IMG/VR virus record: IMGVR_UViG_3300006867_000019
Coordinates: 1 to 44,940 of that record
Origin: a virus
Lineage: Duplodnaviria; Caudoviricetes
Direction: 5' to 3' (one strand)
DNA: 44,940 nucleotides
The notes under the pieces are model-generated. The model had not been told where the DNA came from. It saw nothing but the letters and a program-made list of their open reading frames with translations, and ran no database searches. Of this stretch, positions 44,201 to 44,940 are shown one piece after another (the first letter of the stretch is position 1; each line of letters starts with the position of its first letter). Position numbers and translations under genes: made by a program.

Positions 44201-44940
44201 TCTACACCTCTTGTCTTGTATTTAAAATATTTCTTGATTTCATCTTCTTTTAATGATACGAGTTTCATACCATGGTTATTAATTTTCTTTGGTATATTTA
44301 GACCTTCTTTTTTAATAGGCTGTTGTAGAAATTTTGTATAGTCTACATGGTGATGAAATCTTCCCCATTTTTTTGTTACAACAACTACATCTGGGTGTTG
44401 TTCTTGTAATGACTCTGCAAATTCTTTTCGGTTATCATCTGATTTAAGTTCGCCATATTCATTTCTTTCATGGGCTTGATATACCTCTTGTGTATTACCA
44501 CCACTCATGGTATGTGTAGCAGCTTTACCGCAAAGTGCAAAGTTGAACAACATCGTGCAGTGACCGTCTTTCAGATAACGTAAACTCAGATCAGTATCCT
44601 CATTATACTTACCACGCCAACGTAGATCAACTTTATTAGAGTTCAGAATGCAACTATAGACTCGAGTATTTACATAATAAGGCGGTCGTTTGAGACCAGA
44701 TGGGCAAAAGAATGCGTAGTTTAATCCTGCCTGAGAGACATTGGTATAGCGATCAACAAAATCTTCTGCATTACGAATAATGGTTGGAGTTGTGACTGGT
44801 CGCTTTTTATTACGGTTCAAGCGGTAAAAATACCGCATATTATCATCCATAATCCAATGCCGTTCAGCACCTTCTGCTACAGAATGATCCCATACCCAAT
44901 TACGGACTGGAATAGAACCGCCTACTCTACCCTTAATATC
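44197..44940 (-). CDS. second TET-associated-type glycosyltransferase (5' end outside window)
   Basis: Frame open to the window edge; RNWVWDHS, HWIMDDN, YSCIL, WRGKYNEDTDLS, MSGGNT. Confidence 0.72.
   Translation of the reverse strand, partial: DIKGRVGGSIPVRNWVWDHSVAEGAERHWIMDDNMRYFYRLNRNKKRPVTTPTIIRNAEDFVDRYTNVSQAGLNYAFFCPSGLKRPPYYVNTRVYSCILNSNKVDLRWRGKYNEDTDLSLRYLKDGHCTMLFNFALCGKAATHTMSGGNTQEVYQAHERNEYGELKSDDNRKEFAESLQEQHPDVVVVTKKWGRFHHHVDYTKFLQQPIKKEGLNIPKKINNHGMKLVSLKEDEIKKYFKYKTRGVE

Overview
This window is a segment of a large T4-like myovirus genome (AT-rich, almost all genes on the minus strand), most likely a marine phage of an alphaproteobacterium. The tmRNA tag ANDNRAPEMAMAA resembles Rhodobacteraceae tags. 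It contains T4-type replication and nucleotide genes (RNase H, class II RNR, ThyX, gp41 helicase, UvsX, gp45 clamp, putative gp40) and a spanin pair. A late-promoter operon of about 11 kb encodes putative capsid-packaged internal proteins with T4-like capsid-targeting N-termini, including a P-loop kinase, an HxGH nucleotidyltransferase, a KxDG ligase-like protein, a PD-(D/E)xK nuclease and modular polyproteins. There is also a block of secreted and membrane proteins (PiT-like transporter, SNase, lipase, pilin/chaperone-like set, porin-like protein), a free-standing HNH endonuclease, and a sugar-nucleotide plus TET-associated-type glycosyltransferase cluster. The most unusual element is at 28150-28887: an intact circularly permuted two-piece tmRNA preceded by a separately promoted, duplicated unit of tmRNA tRNA-like-domain cassettes that lack the tag frame. 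The three cassettes share a conserved stem (GATACACT...AGTGTRT) but enclose three unrelated 40-66 nt inserts, suggesting a tRNA-processing-based small RNA array. Functional calls come from motif recognition only; no database searches were run.
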